Part shown: positions 40,070 through 49,888 of the stretch, piece after piece | Numbering within the stretch: position 1 is the stretch's first letter | Layout: each line of letters starts with the position of its first letter | Source: an uncultured bacterium | GTDB taxonomy: Bacteria > Bacteroidota > Rhodothermia > Balneolales > DATFMH01 | Direction of reading: 5' to 3' | DNA: 64,000 nt | Assembly (NCBI GenBank): GCA_963787205.1 | Contig: CAWBCD010000023.1 | Coordinates: 99,587-163,586 of the forward strand | The notes under the pieces: model-generated | What the model was told of the DNA's origin: nothing | The model's database searches: none | What the model saw: the letters and a program-made list of their open reading frames with translations, nothing else | Made by a program: the position numbers and the translations under genes

Positions 40070-40906
40070 ATGCTAAAACAAGTTCTTACAGATATACGAT
40101 TCTACCTGCTGCTGCTTGGAGTGGCCCTTTTAGGCGCAATTTTCCTTTTTGTGATGAACGATTGGATCATGCCGGCTTACACAAAGCATGATGAGGGACA
40201 GACGGTACCCGACATAACAGGAGTATCCATAACCAGGGCAAGGAAACTGCTTGTGAGTGAAGGACTCCGTGATACAGTGATCGACAGGCGATATAATGCA
40301 GCTTATCCACCCGATTATGTCATTGATCAAAATCCGGGTGCTAACCAAATCGTGAAACCCGGGCGCCAGATCTACCTGACCATCAACACTTCCAGTATTC
40401 CGAAAGTTATTGTACCGGACGTCCAAAACATGTCCCTTCGAAATGCTGAATTGCAGCTAAAAAATTACGGTCTTGATATGGGACAGGTCTCTTATATTTC
40501 ATCTCCATTCAAAAATACAGTTGTCAGGCAATCAATTGGTGGTGGAACGCCGGTTGAACGGGGTACTGTTATAAGCTTGACTGTTAGCGACGGACTTGGT
40601 ATCAGCATGGTAAAGATTCCGGAGCTATCGGGTCTGCGCTTATCAGAGGCACAGAGCCAGTTACGGGATGCTGACTTGCGTATCGGAAGCATTAGTTATC
40701 AGCCATCTTCTACCGTCGAACCCAACCGCGTACTCAGTTTTAGTCCAAATGATAAAGATAGTCTGAGAGAAGGTTCAACTGTTGATTTAGTCGTTTCCGA
40801 ACCGGCAAAAACTCACGAAGTACGCGAGTTGGACCCGATCATGATTGATTCAACCCAGCATAACAGTCCTCAATCTCCAGCTAAAAATGATAATCACAAA
40901 CCGTGA
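40070..40906 (+). CDS. PASTA domain-containing protein
   Basis: N-terminal TM helix and three PASTA repeats (VPDITG, VPDVQN, IPELSG). Confidence 0.9.
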   Translation: MLKQVLTDIRFYLLLLGVALLGAIFLFVMNDWIMPAYTKHDEGQTVPDITGVSITRARKLLVSEGLRDTVIDRRYNAAYPPDYVIDQNPGANQIVKPGRQIYLTINTSSIPKVIVPDVQNMSLRNAELQLKNYGLDMGQVSYISSPFKNTVVRQSIGGGTPVERGTVISLTVSDGLGISMVKIPELSGLRLSEAQSQLRDADLRIGSISYQPSSTVEPNRVLSFSPNDKDSLREGSTVDLVVSEPAKTHEVRELDPIMIDSTQHNSPQSPAKNDNHKP

Positions 40907-41589
40907 AAAATCAGATCCCAATTATTGCCCCTTCAATTCTCGCAGCCGACTATACTCAACTTGGTCATGAGATCGAACAAGCCGCAGAAGGAGGTGCTGA
41001 GTGGATTCACTGCGATGTGATGGATGGTCATTTTGTGCCGAATATCAGTATTGGACCGGTGATTGTAAAAGCTGCCCGCAAAGCAACAAACCGGTTTCTG
41101 GATGTCCACCTCATGATTTATCATCCTGATCAATACATTAGCGATTTTGTGGAAGCCGGAGCCAATCAGATTACTGTACATTACGAGGCCGTTCCCCATC
41201 TGCACCGCTGCATCCAGGAAATTCACTCACATGGAATAAAGGCCGGTGTGGCTATAAATCCGGCCACTTCCCTGCAAAATATCGAACCCATTTTACCTTA
41301 TGTCGATCTGGTTCTCGTGATGAGTGTAAACCCCGGGTACGGCGGACAGGAATTCATAGATCAAACGTACGAACGGCTGCACGAACTGGTCGGAATGAGA
41401 CAAAAAGTCCATGGAAAATTTCTGATAGAAGTCGACGGTGGAATAACCCAAAAGAATATCGAACATATTTCTCGGTGCGGTGCCGATGTCTTCGTTGCCG
41501 GAAGCAGCGTTTTCCACACTGATCAGATAAGCGATAGTGTCCGTACACTTCATTCACTTGCCAGTACGGGTAAACAATTTCTTGTTTAA
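40903..41589 (+). CDS. rpe: ribulose-phosphate 3-epimerase
   Basis: IAPSILAAD, HCDVMDGHFVPN, DVHLM, MSVNPG and EVDGG. Confidence 0.97.
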   Translation: MKNQIPIIAPSILAADYTQLGHEIEQAAEGGAEWIHCDVMDGHFVPNISIGPVIVKAARKATNRFLDVHLMIYHPDQYISDFVEAGANQITVHYEAVPHLHRCIQEIHSHGIKAGVAINPATSLQNIEPILPYVDLVLVMSVNPGYGGQEFIDQTYERLHELVGMRQKVHGKFLIEVDGGITQKNIEHISRCGADVFVAGSSVFHTDQISDSVRTLHSLASTGKQFLV

Positions 41590-41715
41590 TCATCAGTTAT
41601 TCCCAATTGAGGGGTGACTAATATTGAGTCCCACATAATATGTCGTTAGCTTAATGACTGATGAAAGGCTTTAGTCTAAAACGAAAAATCAGTTACACTC
41701 AATCAGACTCTAAAT

Positions 41716-42726
41716 TTGCAACAGATCCGAAAAAAACTTTTGGAAACCGAAGAAATACTCATCAAAAATATCGATCCGGTCAGCATTTTGGGACTCCAGG
41801 ATGAAAATCTGAACCTGATCGAGGATGCTTTTCCAGAAGTAAAACTAACTGCAAGAGGTAATACACTGAAACTCAGTGGGAATGAGGAAGATGTCAGCAG
41901 AGCCAGAGAAGTAATCTATGACCTTATTGACATCAGCAAGAGAAAAGGCCGGGTTACAGGTCATGATGTCAATACCGTACTTTCTCTTAAACAGCACCAT
42001 CCCGAAATTGATGTACCCACCTACATGGAGGATGACCTGATCCTTCGAACCTATACCGGTGAAAATGTGCGTGCCAAGACAGGGGGCCAACGGGCTATTG
42101 TACGGGCATCCGGGAAAAACGACATTACCTTTGTAATCGGTCCGGCCGGAACGGGGAAAACGTATACATCGGTCGCTCTGGCTGTTAAAGCCCTTAAAGA
42201 GCGCCAGGTGAAAAAGATAGTTCTCTGCCGACCTGCAGTCGAAGCAGGTGAAAACCTGGGTTTTCTGCCTGGAGGACTTAAAGATAAGATTGATCCTTAC
42301 CTCCGTCCACTCTACGATGCCCTGGAGGAAATGATCGAATTTGAACAGCTTGAGTTGAATCTCGTCAAAAATATTATTGAGATCGCGCCCCTTGCCTATA
42401 TGCGTGGACGAACTCTCAACAATGCGTTTGTAATTCTCGATGAGGCTCAAAACGCCACAGGCATGCAGATGAAGATGTTCCTGACGCGCCTTGGCATCAA
42501 CAGCCGCGCCATTATCACGGGTGATATCACCCAGACCGACCTACCGCGCCATAAGGATTCGGGACTCCGTGTTGTGCAAAGCATCTTAGCCGACATTGAT
42601 GGGATCTCCTTTGTATATCTTGATCGCAGTGATGTCGTTCGCCACAAACTCATCCGCGAGATCATAGCCGCCTATGAAAAGCACGAACAGGAACAAGATT
42701 CAGCAAAAAAAGAGAACAAAAAATAG
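41716..42726 (+). CDS. PhoH family ATPase
   Basis: GPAGTGKT, RPAVEAGENLGFLPG, PLAYMRGRTL and DEAQN. Confidence 0.95.
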   Translation: MQQIRKKLLETEEILIKNIDPVSILGLQDENLNLIEDAFPEVKLTARGNTLKLSGNEEDVSRAREVIYDLIDISKRKGRVTGHDVNTVLSLKQHHPEIDVPTYMEDDLILRTYTGENVRAKTGGQRAIVRASGKNDITFVIGPAGTGKTYTSVALAVKALKERQVKKIVLCRPAVEAGENLGFLPGGLKDKIDPYLRPLYDALEEMIEFEQLELNLVKNIIEIAPLAYMRGRTLNNAFVILDEAQNATGMQMKMFLTRLGINSRAIITGDITQTDLPRHKDSGLRVVQSILADIDGISFVYLDRSDVVRHKLIREIIAAYEKHEQEQDSAKKENKK

Positions 42727-42911
42727 GCTGATACAATCTTGTCTCAAGTTTTAAACCAGTTACATTTTATACTTAGTTGTTACGCAGCTAAGTATGAAAT
42801 TAAATACTTTCGAACCATTATGAGGCGACCGCAGGTAGTGAAAAATGAATAGACGCATTCATACGTTCTTGCGGTGAAACAAATCTAAAATCCGGGTAAT
42901 ATCTAGTTATT

Positions 42912-43712
42912 GTGAGTATTTATGCAGCCCCGCTTTATGAGGGCACTTTTTATGTCGGACTCGACAAGAAATTTGTTCCAATGGACCGTAAAGGGAAGCC
43001 ACCGAAAAACACACTTCGGGTTGCCATCCAACCTTTCTTGATCCATGCCGAAGACAAAAAAATTCTGCTGGATACCGGTCTGGGTGAATTTGGTCAGGGC
43101 ACGAGTATCGATACCATTCACGAAAACCTGGCCGAACATGGTCTCAGCGAGTACGACATCACCGATATCTTCCTGAGTCACCTCCACTTTGACCATACCG
43201 GGGGACTGGCACATCGCAAACACGGTTACTGGGAACTGACCTTTCCTGATGCCAATGTCTGGCTTTCTGAAAACGCATGGAAACAGGTGCTGGCGAAAGA
43301 CAACTATTACGATGATGAGAAAACCGAATTTCGTGATTTCATCGAAGCCAGGGCCGATCTGCATCTTCTTAAAGATGAAGATCAGCCATATCCTGAGATC
43401 AGGGTCCAAAAAATTGGCGGACACAGCCAGTATCACATGGCCATTTTTTATGAGAAGGAAGATCATCGCTATCTGATGGCGGGAGATGTAATTCCAACAA
43501 AAGGACACATAAATCAAAAATTTGCCGCCAAGTACGATTTTGATCCTAAGCAGAGCATTCAGGCACGCCAGGAGCTTGCACAAAAGGCGCTGAAGGAAGA
43601 TTGGGTGCTGCTTGCATATCACAGCACGGAGACGGCCATGTTCCGGCTCACCGGTTACGAAGAACGACACGGCTACACCATTGAAAGCGTCACCGAATAT
43701 GTCCCGTCCTGA
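42912..43712 (+). CDS. MBL-fold metallo-hydrolase
   Basis: LLDTG, SHLHFDHTGG, GGH, GD and YH metal ligands. Confidence 0.9.
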   Translation: MSIYAAPLYEGTFYVGLDKKFVPMDRKGKPPKNTLRVAIQPFLIHAEDKKILLDTGLGEFGQGTSIDTIHENLAEHGLSEYDITDIFLSHLHFDHTGGLAHRKHGYWELTFPDANVWLSENAWKQVLAKDNYYDDEKTEFRDFIEARADLHLLKDEDQPYPEIRVQKIGGHSQYHMAIFYEKEDHRYLMAGDVIPTKGHINQKFAAKYDFDPKQSIQARQELAQKALKEDWVLLAYHSTETAMFRLTGYEERHGYTIESVTEYVPS

Positions 43713-44502
43713 AACAATAGAACAGGCTCATTCTGAACTCTGCCGGCATGGTTTCCCCGAACGGGTTGACGCGGCCGTTATCCTTGGCTCGGGGCTCGGA
43801 GGATTTGAGCAGCGATTAACGGACCAAATTACAATTCCCTATGATCAAATTCCGGGATTCCCTCCAACAACAGTACCCGGACATGAAGGGGCACTGCATT
43901 TTGGATTGATTGGTTCAAAAAAAACGCTCGTCTTTTCCGGCCGCTTCCATCACTATGAAGGTCATCCCTTTGAGCGAACTCTTTTGCCGGTGCGACTTGC
44001 CCGTTCTTTCAACGCTCATACCCTTTTCGTTTCCAATGCGGCAGGTGGCATCAACTACCGCTTTCATATCGGCGACCTGATGCTCATCGACGACCTCATC
44101 AGTCTTGGCGTCCGTTATGGAGTCAACGACAAGCCGGTTTTATCCGGATACCGGAATGATGCAATGGTCGACCGTGTAACCAAAATTGCCACACAACTGG
44201 GACTCCACCTGGTGCGCGGCACCTACATCTATGCTAAAGGCCCATCCTACGAAACCAAAGCCGAGATTCGTGCATTTCGCAGACTTGGAGCAGATGCAGT
44301 AGGCATGTCCACTGCGCCCGAATTGCTTGAAGCACAGCATCTCGGGATGCAAAGCGTAGGTATCTCTTTGATTACCAACATGGCTGCCGGCGTATCGCGT
44401 AAGAAACTGGCGCACGAGGAGATTAAGGAAGTGGCTGCAAAACGAGCCAAAGACTTTGCCCGGCTTGTGGAGACTTTGATTCAGAAGGTGTTAAGGTGTT
44501 AA
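43699..44502 (+). CDS. purine-nucleoside phosphorylase (trimeric type)
   Basis: ILGSGLG, VPGHEG, GRFHHYEG, GPSYETKAE, VGMSTAPE; start set at MSRPET. Confidence 0.93.
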   Translation: MSRPETIEQAHSELCRHGFPERVDAAVILGSGLGGFEQRLTDQITIPYDQIPGFPPTTVPGHEGALHFGLIGSKKTLVFSGRFHHYEGHPFERTLLPVRLARSFNAHTLFVSNAAGGINYRFHIGDLMLIDDLISLGVRYGVNDKPVLSGYRNDAMVDRVTKIATQLGLHLVRGTYIYAKGPSYETKAEIRAFRRLGADAVGMSTAPELLEAQHLGMQSVGISLITNMAAGVSRKKLAHEEIKEVAAKRAKDFARLVETLIQKVLRC

Positions 44503-44532
44503 GGTGTTAAGGTGTTAAGGTGTTAAGGTGCT
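44485..44532. repeat. 8-mer tandem repeat (AAGGTGTT)x5 plus one variant
   Basis: Read directly; contains the PNP stop codon. Confidence 0.95.
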
Positions 44533-44611
44533 AAAGTCTAGGGTGTTAAAGTTATTATCCCTGCGACGAATAAATCACAACTTACGTCATTATGAGCACC
44601 TCATTTTGATT

Positions 44612-44646
44612 TAATTCAAAATTTAGAATTCATAATTCAAAATTCT
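44612..44646. repeat. degenerate heptamer array, AATT core
   Basis: TAATTCA AAATTTA GAATTCA TAATTCA AAATTCT abutting the photolyase stop codon. Confidence 0.7.
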
Positions 44647-46108
44647 AATTACCGTATTTCTCCAGATACTTCTTCAACTTAACCTTCTTCCTCGTGCTGT
44701 CGCTGCTCATGTAGCGGATCTTTCCAAAAATGGGACGTTCGAACCACGGACGATCGAAACGGCCAAGTATCCAAAAAATGCCCGAGTAACTGTTTGGATC
44801 ACGCCCATCCATGGCATACTTGTTATTCAGCTCGATCATGATTTTCAGGGCATCCTCAGGCGCTTGGGTCCACTCCAGGATCTTCTTTCCCCATAGCATG
44901 CGCAGATAGTTGTGTATATAGCCCTCTTCGATGAGTTGCCGCTGCGCAGCATTCCATATTTCATCATGAGTTTGAGCCTGCTCGAACTGCTGCAGGCTGT
45001 AAATATATTCACGCGGGTCGTCTTTATGTTCTTCAAAGGTTTCGAGAACCCAGTCCGGCAGTGATTCAAACCTGGCGTAATCCGGAGTGTGGTGGCAAAA
45101 ATGATATCCGACCTCCCTCCACGTTATCAACTCATCCAGAAATTTTTCAATATAACTGTGCCCCTTGAAAAAGCCGCTTTTTTGCCCATTGTTATCTTTA
45201 ACCTGACTTAGATCCCATACTTTGGGTTGTCGATCCAGGGTTCCTTTAACAATTTCATAATCGGAAATTTTACCAAAATGAAGCCACGGACTTAGCCTGC
45301 TCGTCCGGTCGTTATCCGGATCATTCCGTTCTTTTCCATACTTGCTCAGGTCATTGTCCAAAAACCTGTTCATCTGTGATATGGCCGCTTCCCTTGTGCC
45401 CTTTATTTCGACCGGGCCGACCGAATGATCAATATCTAATTCTGCAATGAAAGAATCGATATCCTGCAGTTGATCGCCGGCATGCGGCCACTTTTTTGTA
45501 ATAGCCTCCGACAGAGCAATTTTGTCCGTGTTTTTCAGTTTTGACAGTGAATTTTCATCGGGTGGATTGGTAAAACAGTCCACAAAATGCCGCTGCATGA
45601 TCTTGCGGAAATGATAGGCGGAATAGGGAGCCTTATTGGTCATCCCCAAAGGTATAATTCCGTTGGAGTCGACGGTAATGTATGGCACGTTTACCTGTTT
45701 CGGCCAGCTTTTATTTCGCTCAGCCATGATGAACGTTGGGTATTCATCGGTGATGATCACCGCAGCCTGTTTTGCAAGTTCAGAAATCAGCTTATCCGCC
45801 TCACCCGGGGATGTTTCCAGATAGGGATAGTAGGTGATCCCATAATCTTTGCTGATTTCGTAATCCTCTCGCGTACTTTCCAGCAGAAACCAATGCAACC
45901 GGTCCGAGGCCCATCGATAGTTACAGATGATGCCTTCGTGAACCAACAAAGGGAGATCCAGGTTGTTGGCCCAACCAACCGCGTAATCGAGTGCATAATT
46001 ATATTCAAACCGGTGATGCGCCTGCATCCAGTACATCACATATTTTCCGTCGGGTTTGGGATCAAGGTCATTTCTGTTAAAAACCCTGTAACTGTTGATA
46101 TTCTTCAT
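44645..46108 (-). CDS. deoxyribodipyrimidine photolyase, class II CPD
   Basis: YVMYWMQ, SRLSPWLHFG, THDEIWNAAQ, NYLRMLWGKKILEW and DGRDPNSY; start set at MKNIN. Confidence 0.92.
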   Translation of the reverse strand: MKNINSYRVFNRNDLDPKPDGKYVMYWMQAHHRFEYNYALDYAVGWANNLDLPLLVHEGIICNYRWASDRLHWFLLESTREDYEISKDYGITYYPYLETSPGEADKLISELAKQAAVIITDEYPTFIMAERNKSWPKQVNVPYITVDSNGIIPLGMTNKAPYSAYHFRKIMQRHFVDCFTNPPDENSLSKLKNTDKIALSEAITKKWPHAGDQLQDIDSFIAELDIDHSVGPVEIKGTREAAISQMNRFLDNDLSKYGKERNDPDNDRTSRLSPWLHFGKISDYEIVKGTLDRQPKVWDLSQVKDNNGQKSGFFKGHSYIEKFLDELITWREVGYHFCHHTPDYARFESLPDWVLETFEEHKDDPREYIYSLQQFEQAQTHDEIWNAAQRQLIEEGYIHNYLRMLWGKKILEWTQAPEDALKIMIELNNKYAMDGRDPNSYSGIFWILGRFDRPWFERPIFGKIRYMSSDSTRKKVKLKKYLEKYGN

Positions 46109-46257
46109 AACCCGGGAACTCAATCGTTGTAATCTTTTTTTGAATATCGCTTCAACTATCGGGTAGACTCTTCAGCAGAAACAAGCGGAATTTGTACCTT
46201 TCTGATAAGCTTCGTGTACTTTTTCACAAACTTTCCATACAAGCTGGAGATCGGTGT

Positions 46258-47104
46258 TCAGATAGGGCAAAAACCAGAATAAAAGAGGAACGGTTGCCCT
46301 GCCGCCACAGCATCTTCGAAGGGACCGAATTTAGACAACCGCTCCTCAATAAACTGATCAATCAACTTCAGTGTATCACGACGAGTAACGGCCAGGCGGA
46401 ACTCATCGATATAACCATAATGATCCACATTCAGCTGTTCTACCTCGTCGATAATATCTTTTGTTATCAAATCGGGCGTTGACTTCGTGACACAAGGAAC
46501 CCGAATACCGGAGGGCAACGGTTTTCTATTTTTTTCGTCATAGTTCCATTTGCCTCCTAGAGGATTATCGGAATCCATAAGATATCCTATAACTCTTCTC
46601 ATCTCACGATAGAAAAATCCATGCGATATCGCGGACCTATCTTATCCATCCAGTCCTCTGGATTGGCAAAAAAAACCGATTATCTAACACCCAAACCCGA
46701 TCGGGCCAAAACACCTTTAATTCATTAATAGCTCATCTCAAACCTCATTCAGCTGGCTTCATTTATGTCACCTTAAAATGAGTGCTGGAATCTAACAAAT
46801 TCTTTAACTCGTTATCCAGCTTTTCTATCGTTAAGATATAATAAACTTTATGTTTCTTGCCGTAACATTCCATCACGGAATGACGTAGTGTACTTAAATG
46901 GAATGCGATTTTTTGCTTGTGATAAGGAAGTTCATTAAACCAGCCAGTTGACTCAATAAACAAAAGCGGCTTTTTACAATCCCGGATGTCTTTCGACCAG
47001 ACATCTGAATTTAACTGGTCATACCAGATTAATGCCACCGAATCGACTTCGGACAAGTCCTCTTTCACATAAAATGGATTTAAACTCCAGGGTTGTTCAG
47101 GCAT
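46258..47104 (-). pseudogene. decayed bacterial (6-4) photolyase / FeS-BCP cryptochrome (PhrB/CryB-like), N-terminal part only
   Basis: YHKQKI, YRM-FFYREMRR (frameshifted), GGKWNYDEKNRK, FGPFEDA; in-frame stops (T*MKPAE*GLR*) and two apparent frameshifts. Confidence 0.85.
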
Positions 47105-47207
47105 TTTTGCATTTTAGGATACAACAATTGAAATATGAAGTGATTTCGTTCCTCTTCGTCACGATAAAAGACGCCAACATAAAACAATTTAGATCGAAAT
47201 ATTTTTT

Positions 47208-47687
47208 ATGAAGACGATAGTTGGGATAATGGGTCCGGGCAAGACCACCGGAGAAGTTCTTGAGACAGCCTATGAGCTGGGTTATGCCATCGCCCAGCAC
47301 GACTGGGTTTTATTGACCGGCGGAAGACGGGCGGGTGTCATGCATGAAGCTCTCCGGGGCGCGAAAGACGCCGGTGGCATGACACTGGGAATTCTGCCGG
47401 ATGACAAATCCGACGATCTCTCTGAATTTGTGGATATGCCCATTTTTACCGGCATGGGCAGCGCACGCAACGTCATTAATATTTTGACCAGCAAGGTGAT
47501 CGTAGCCTGTGGCACCGGACTCGGAACGACTTCTGAAATTGTTCTCGCACTCAAATCCGGAAAACCGGTTATCCTCATCCAACAAACCCCGGAAGCTATC
47601 AATTTTTTCAGCTCTTTTAACTTATCCAATCTCCAAATCGCTAATACAGTAGACGAAGTAATCGAATTGATCAAAAGCCACGTTTAG
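47208..47687 (+). CDS. TIGR00725-like SLOG/LOG family protein
   Basis: LLTGGRRAGVM, GILP, TGMGSARNVIN and GTTSEI. Confidence 0.85.
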   Translation: MKTIVGIMGPGKTTGEVLETAYELGYAIAQHDWVLLTGGRRAGVMHEALRGAKDAGGMTLGILPDDKSDDLSEFVDMPIFTGMGSARNVINILTSKVIVACGTGLGTTSEIVLALKSGKPVILIQQTPEAINFFSSFNLSNLQIANTVDEVIELIKSHV

Positions 47688-47745
47688 TGCCTGCAGAATC
47701 AGATTACTGAAATTTGTAATTAGGAATTTTAAATTAGTAAGAAAC

Positions 47746-47840
47746 CCTATCTCCTATCTCCTATCTCCTATCTCCTATCTCCTATCTCCTATCTCCTATC
47801 TCCTATCTCCTATCTCCTATCTCCTATCTCCTATCTCCTA
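47746..47840. repeat. perfect heptamer microsatellite (CCTATCT)x13.6
   Basis: Read directly, 95 bp. Confidence 0.97.
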
Positions 47841-47858
47841 AAAAATATCTGATATAAT

Positions 47859-47914
47859 TTGACTTTTATCTTAGTACGATTATATTAGTATTAGTAATTA
47901 CTAACTAATTAGTA
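47859..47914 (+). promoter_or_regulatory. putative blaI promoter and operator
   Basis: TTGACT-N16-TATATT; perfect palindrome TTAGTAATTACTAA (47891-47904); TACTAA-N4-TTAGTA (47899-47914). Confidence 0.55.
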
Positions 47915-48294
47915 TGAATATGAGAAAAGCACTGACCCCAATGGGTGAAACCGAAATGGAAATCCTGCAACTCGTCTGGGGAAGAGGCGAATCAACCGTT
48001 GCAGACATCCAGGAGGAGATCATGAAAAAGCGCAAAGTGGCCTACACCACCGTGATGACCATCATGAAGAACCTGGCGGATAAAGGATATCTCACCTTTC
48101 GCAAGGAAGGTCTGACCTATATCTACAGTCCAAAGAAACCGGAAGAAGATGTGAAGTCGAGCCTTCTCGAAGCCATCCTCAACAAAGTTTTCAAAGGATC
48201 TCCCACAGAACTGGTTCAAACACTGGTTAAACGGGAAAAATTAAGCGATGCTGAACGCGATGAGATCATTGAACTCATCAAAAAGATGAAGTAG
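47914..48294 (+). CDS. BlaI/MecI/CopY family transcriptional repressor
   Basis: EMEILQLVW, AYTTVMTIMKNLADKGYL, VFKGSPTELV. Confidence 0.93.
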   Translation: MNMRKALTPMGETEMEILQLVWGRGESTVADIQEEIMKKRKVAYTTVMTIMKNLADKGYLTFRKEGLTYIYSPKKPEEDVKSSLLEAILNKVFKGSPTELVQTLVKREKLSDAERDEIIELIKKMK

Positions 48295-48296
48295 CT

Positions 48297-49853
48297 ATGC
48301 AAGGAATAGTCAAGTTTCTGTCAACCGCCGGTGGTCAGAGCATTCCGTTTTTCTGGATTCCACTGCTAATCTGGACCGCCTTTGCTTTAATCACAATTGT
48401 GATTATGCACTTTTCAAAAGGACTGTCGGCGCGATACCGGTTTCATACCGATGCGGCTCTCCTTGCTGCACTACCGGCAGGATACCTGAGTTATGTCATT
48501 GTGCATTACCTGCTCAGCACCTCTTATCTCCCCAATTCATTGATGCTAATCAGCATCGGGTCACCCACCCTCGTCCGCGCAACATCCACCGGCCCTCATC
48601 TTTTAATTACTCCGGATACCTGGATCGGTTTGACATGCGTCGTATTGTTTGCCGGAATTCTCTACAAACTCACCCTTATCTTCCTGAATCAGGCAGGACT
48701 TTGGAGATTTCATAGACGATTATCTCTGCTGGATCCCTCGCAAGTGGGAGAACTCAGTCCGGAGAACCGGCAATTTATTTCAGATGGAAAGAGACCGGTT
48801 CATTTCGCTTTTACCGATGACGACATCGTCCCGATGACTTTTGGATTGTATAAAGCGGTTATTGTCATCCCGGGCTTTTTACGCTTCCAACCGAATAAAT
48901 TCAACCTGGCTGTTAGACACGAGCTCGAGCATATTCAACATCACGACTACCTGCGTTTCAGGTTGTTGCATCTCTTAAAAGCCATGTTCTGGTTTCATCC
49001 CTTCGTGCATTTCCTGGAAAAAGACATCGTACTGCACCGGGAAATGGACATCGATGAAGCCGTCGTCTCTCAAAACAAAAATTTGTCACCTGAATATGCT
49101 CATCTGTTACTGGATCTGGCTGATCAGGGGAAACACCGGTCATTATCCCCGACCGGTCTGGCCGCACATCCATCAACGATCAAAAAAAGAATTATTGCTA
49201 TGACACACTCAAACAAATCTAACCGATATCACTGGCTTCCTGTTGGCTTACCCGTTTTAACCCTGATTATTGCTCTTGTCATGGGTTGCAACAACACAAC
49301 TAACGACAGCAATAAACAACTGGTAGCTCAGACCAACAACCCCGTCAAGATTCGCAGTCAATTAAATAGTGGGGATAGCCTTGGTCATCCGTTGTTCATC
49401 GTCGATGGAGTTACAGTTGATCAGGAAACTTTCAAAAAACTCGATCCGAAGAGCATAAAGTCAGTTCAAGTATGGAAGGGTAAAGAGTCTGTAAAGAGAT
49501 ATGGTAAAAAAGGTATTAATGGTGCCGTAATCATTACTACCAAAGAAGGTTCATCCGCTTCGAGCTCCGCACCGGACAAAAAACCCCAACTTATTGGTGG
49601 AATGCAGAGTGTAGCCAGCCATGTTGTGTACCCAAAGGATGCAAAAAAAGCGGGAATACAGGGCAAAGTTTTTGTTCAGTTTACAGTGAATGAAGATGGG
49701 AATGTTGTTGATCCTCATGTAGTAAAAGGGATTGGCCATGGTTGCGATCAGGCCGCCATTAACGCTGTCAAGCAGGCCAAATTCACTCCCGGGACAAAAG
49801 ATGGGAAACCGGCTACATTCAAATACACACTTCCGATCGTTTTTAAACTTTAG
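48297..49853 (+). CDS. M56 (BlaR1-type) peptidase with a TonB-plug-like segment and a TonB C-terminal domain
   Basis: PMTFG, HELEH, FWFHP, IKKRI; PLFIVDG..IKSVQV.KG..YG..G.NG; YPKDAKKAGIQGKVFVQFTV. Confidence 0.88.
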   Translation: MQGIVKFLSTAGGQSIPFFWIPLLIWTAFALITIVIMHFSKGLSARYRFHTDAALLAALPAGYLSYVIVHYLLSTSYLPNSLMLISIGSPTLVRATSTGPHLLITPDTWIGLTCVVLFAGILYKLTLIFLNQAGLWRFHRRLSLLDPSQVGELSPENRQFISDGKRPVHFAFTDDDIVPMTFGLYKAVIVIPGFLRFQPNKFNLAVRHELEHIQHHDYLRFRLLHLLKAMFWFHPFVHFLEKDIVLHREMDIDEAVVSQNKNLSPEYAHLLLDLADQGKHRSLSPTGLAAHPSTIKKRIIAMTHSNKSNRYHWLPVGLPVLTLIIALVMGCNNTTNDSNKQLVAQTNNPVKIRSQLNSGDSLGHPLFIVDGVTVDQETFKKLDPKSIKSVQVWKGKESVKRYGKKGINGAVIITTKEGSSASSSAPDKKPQLIGGMQSVASHVVYPKDAKKAGIQGKVFVQFTVNEDGNVVDPHVVKGIGHGCDQAAINAVKQAKFTPGTKDGKPATFKYTLPIVFKL

Positions 49854-49888
49854 CAGACCCGTTATCAAGAACTTACGAGGAGACCTTT

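Noticed and set aside
47746-47840. Tandem repeats (also 44485 and 52487) as CRISPR arrays
   Set aside because: Units are 7-8 bp with no spacers, and there are no cas genes in the window.
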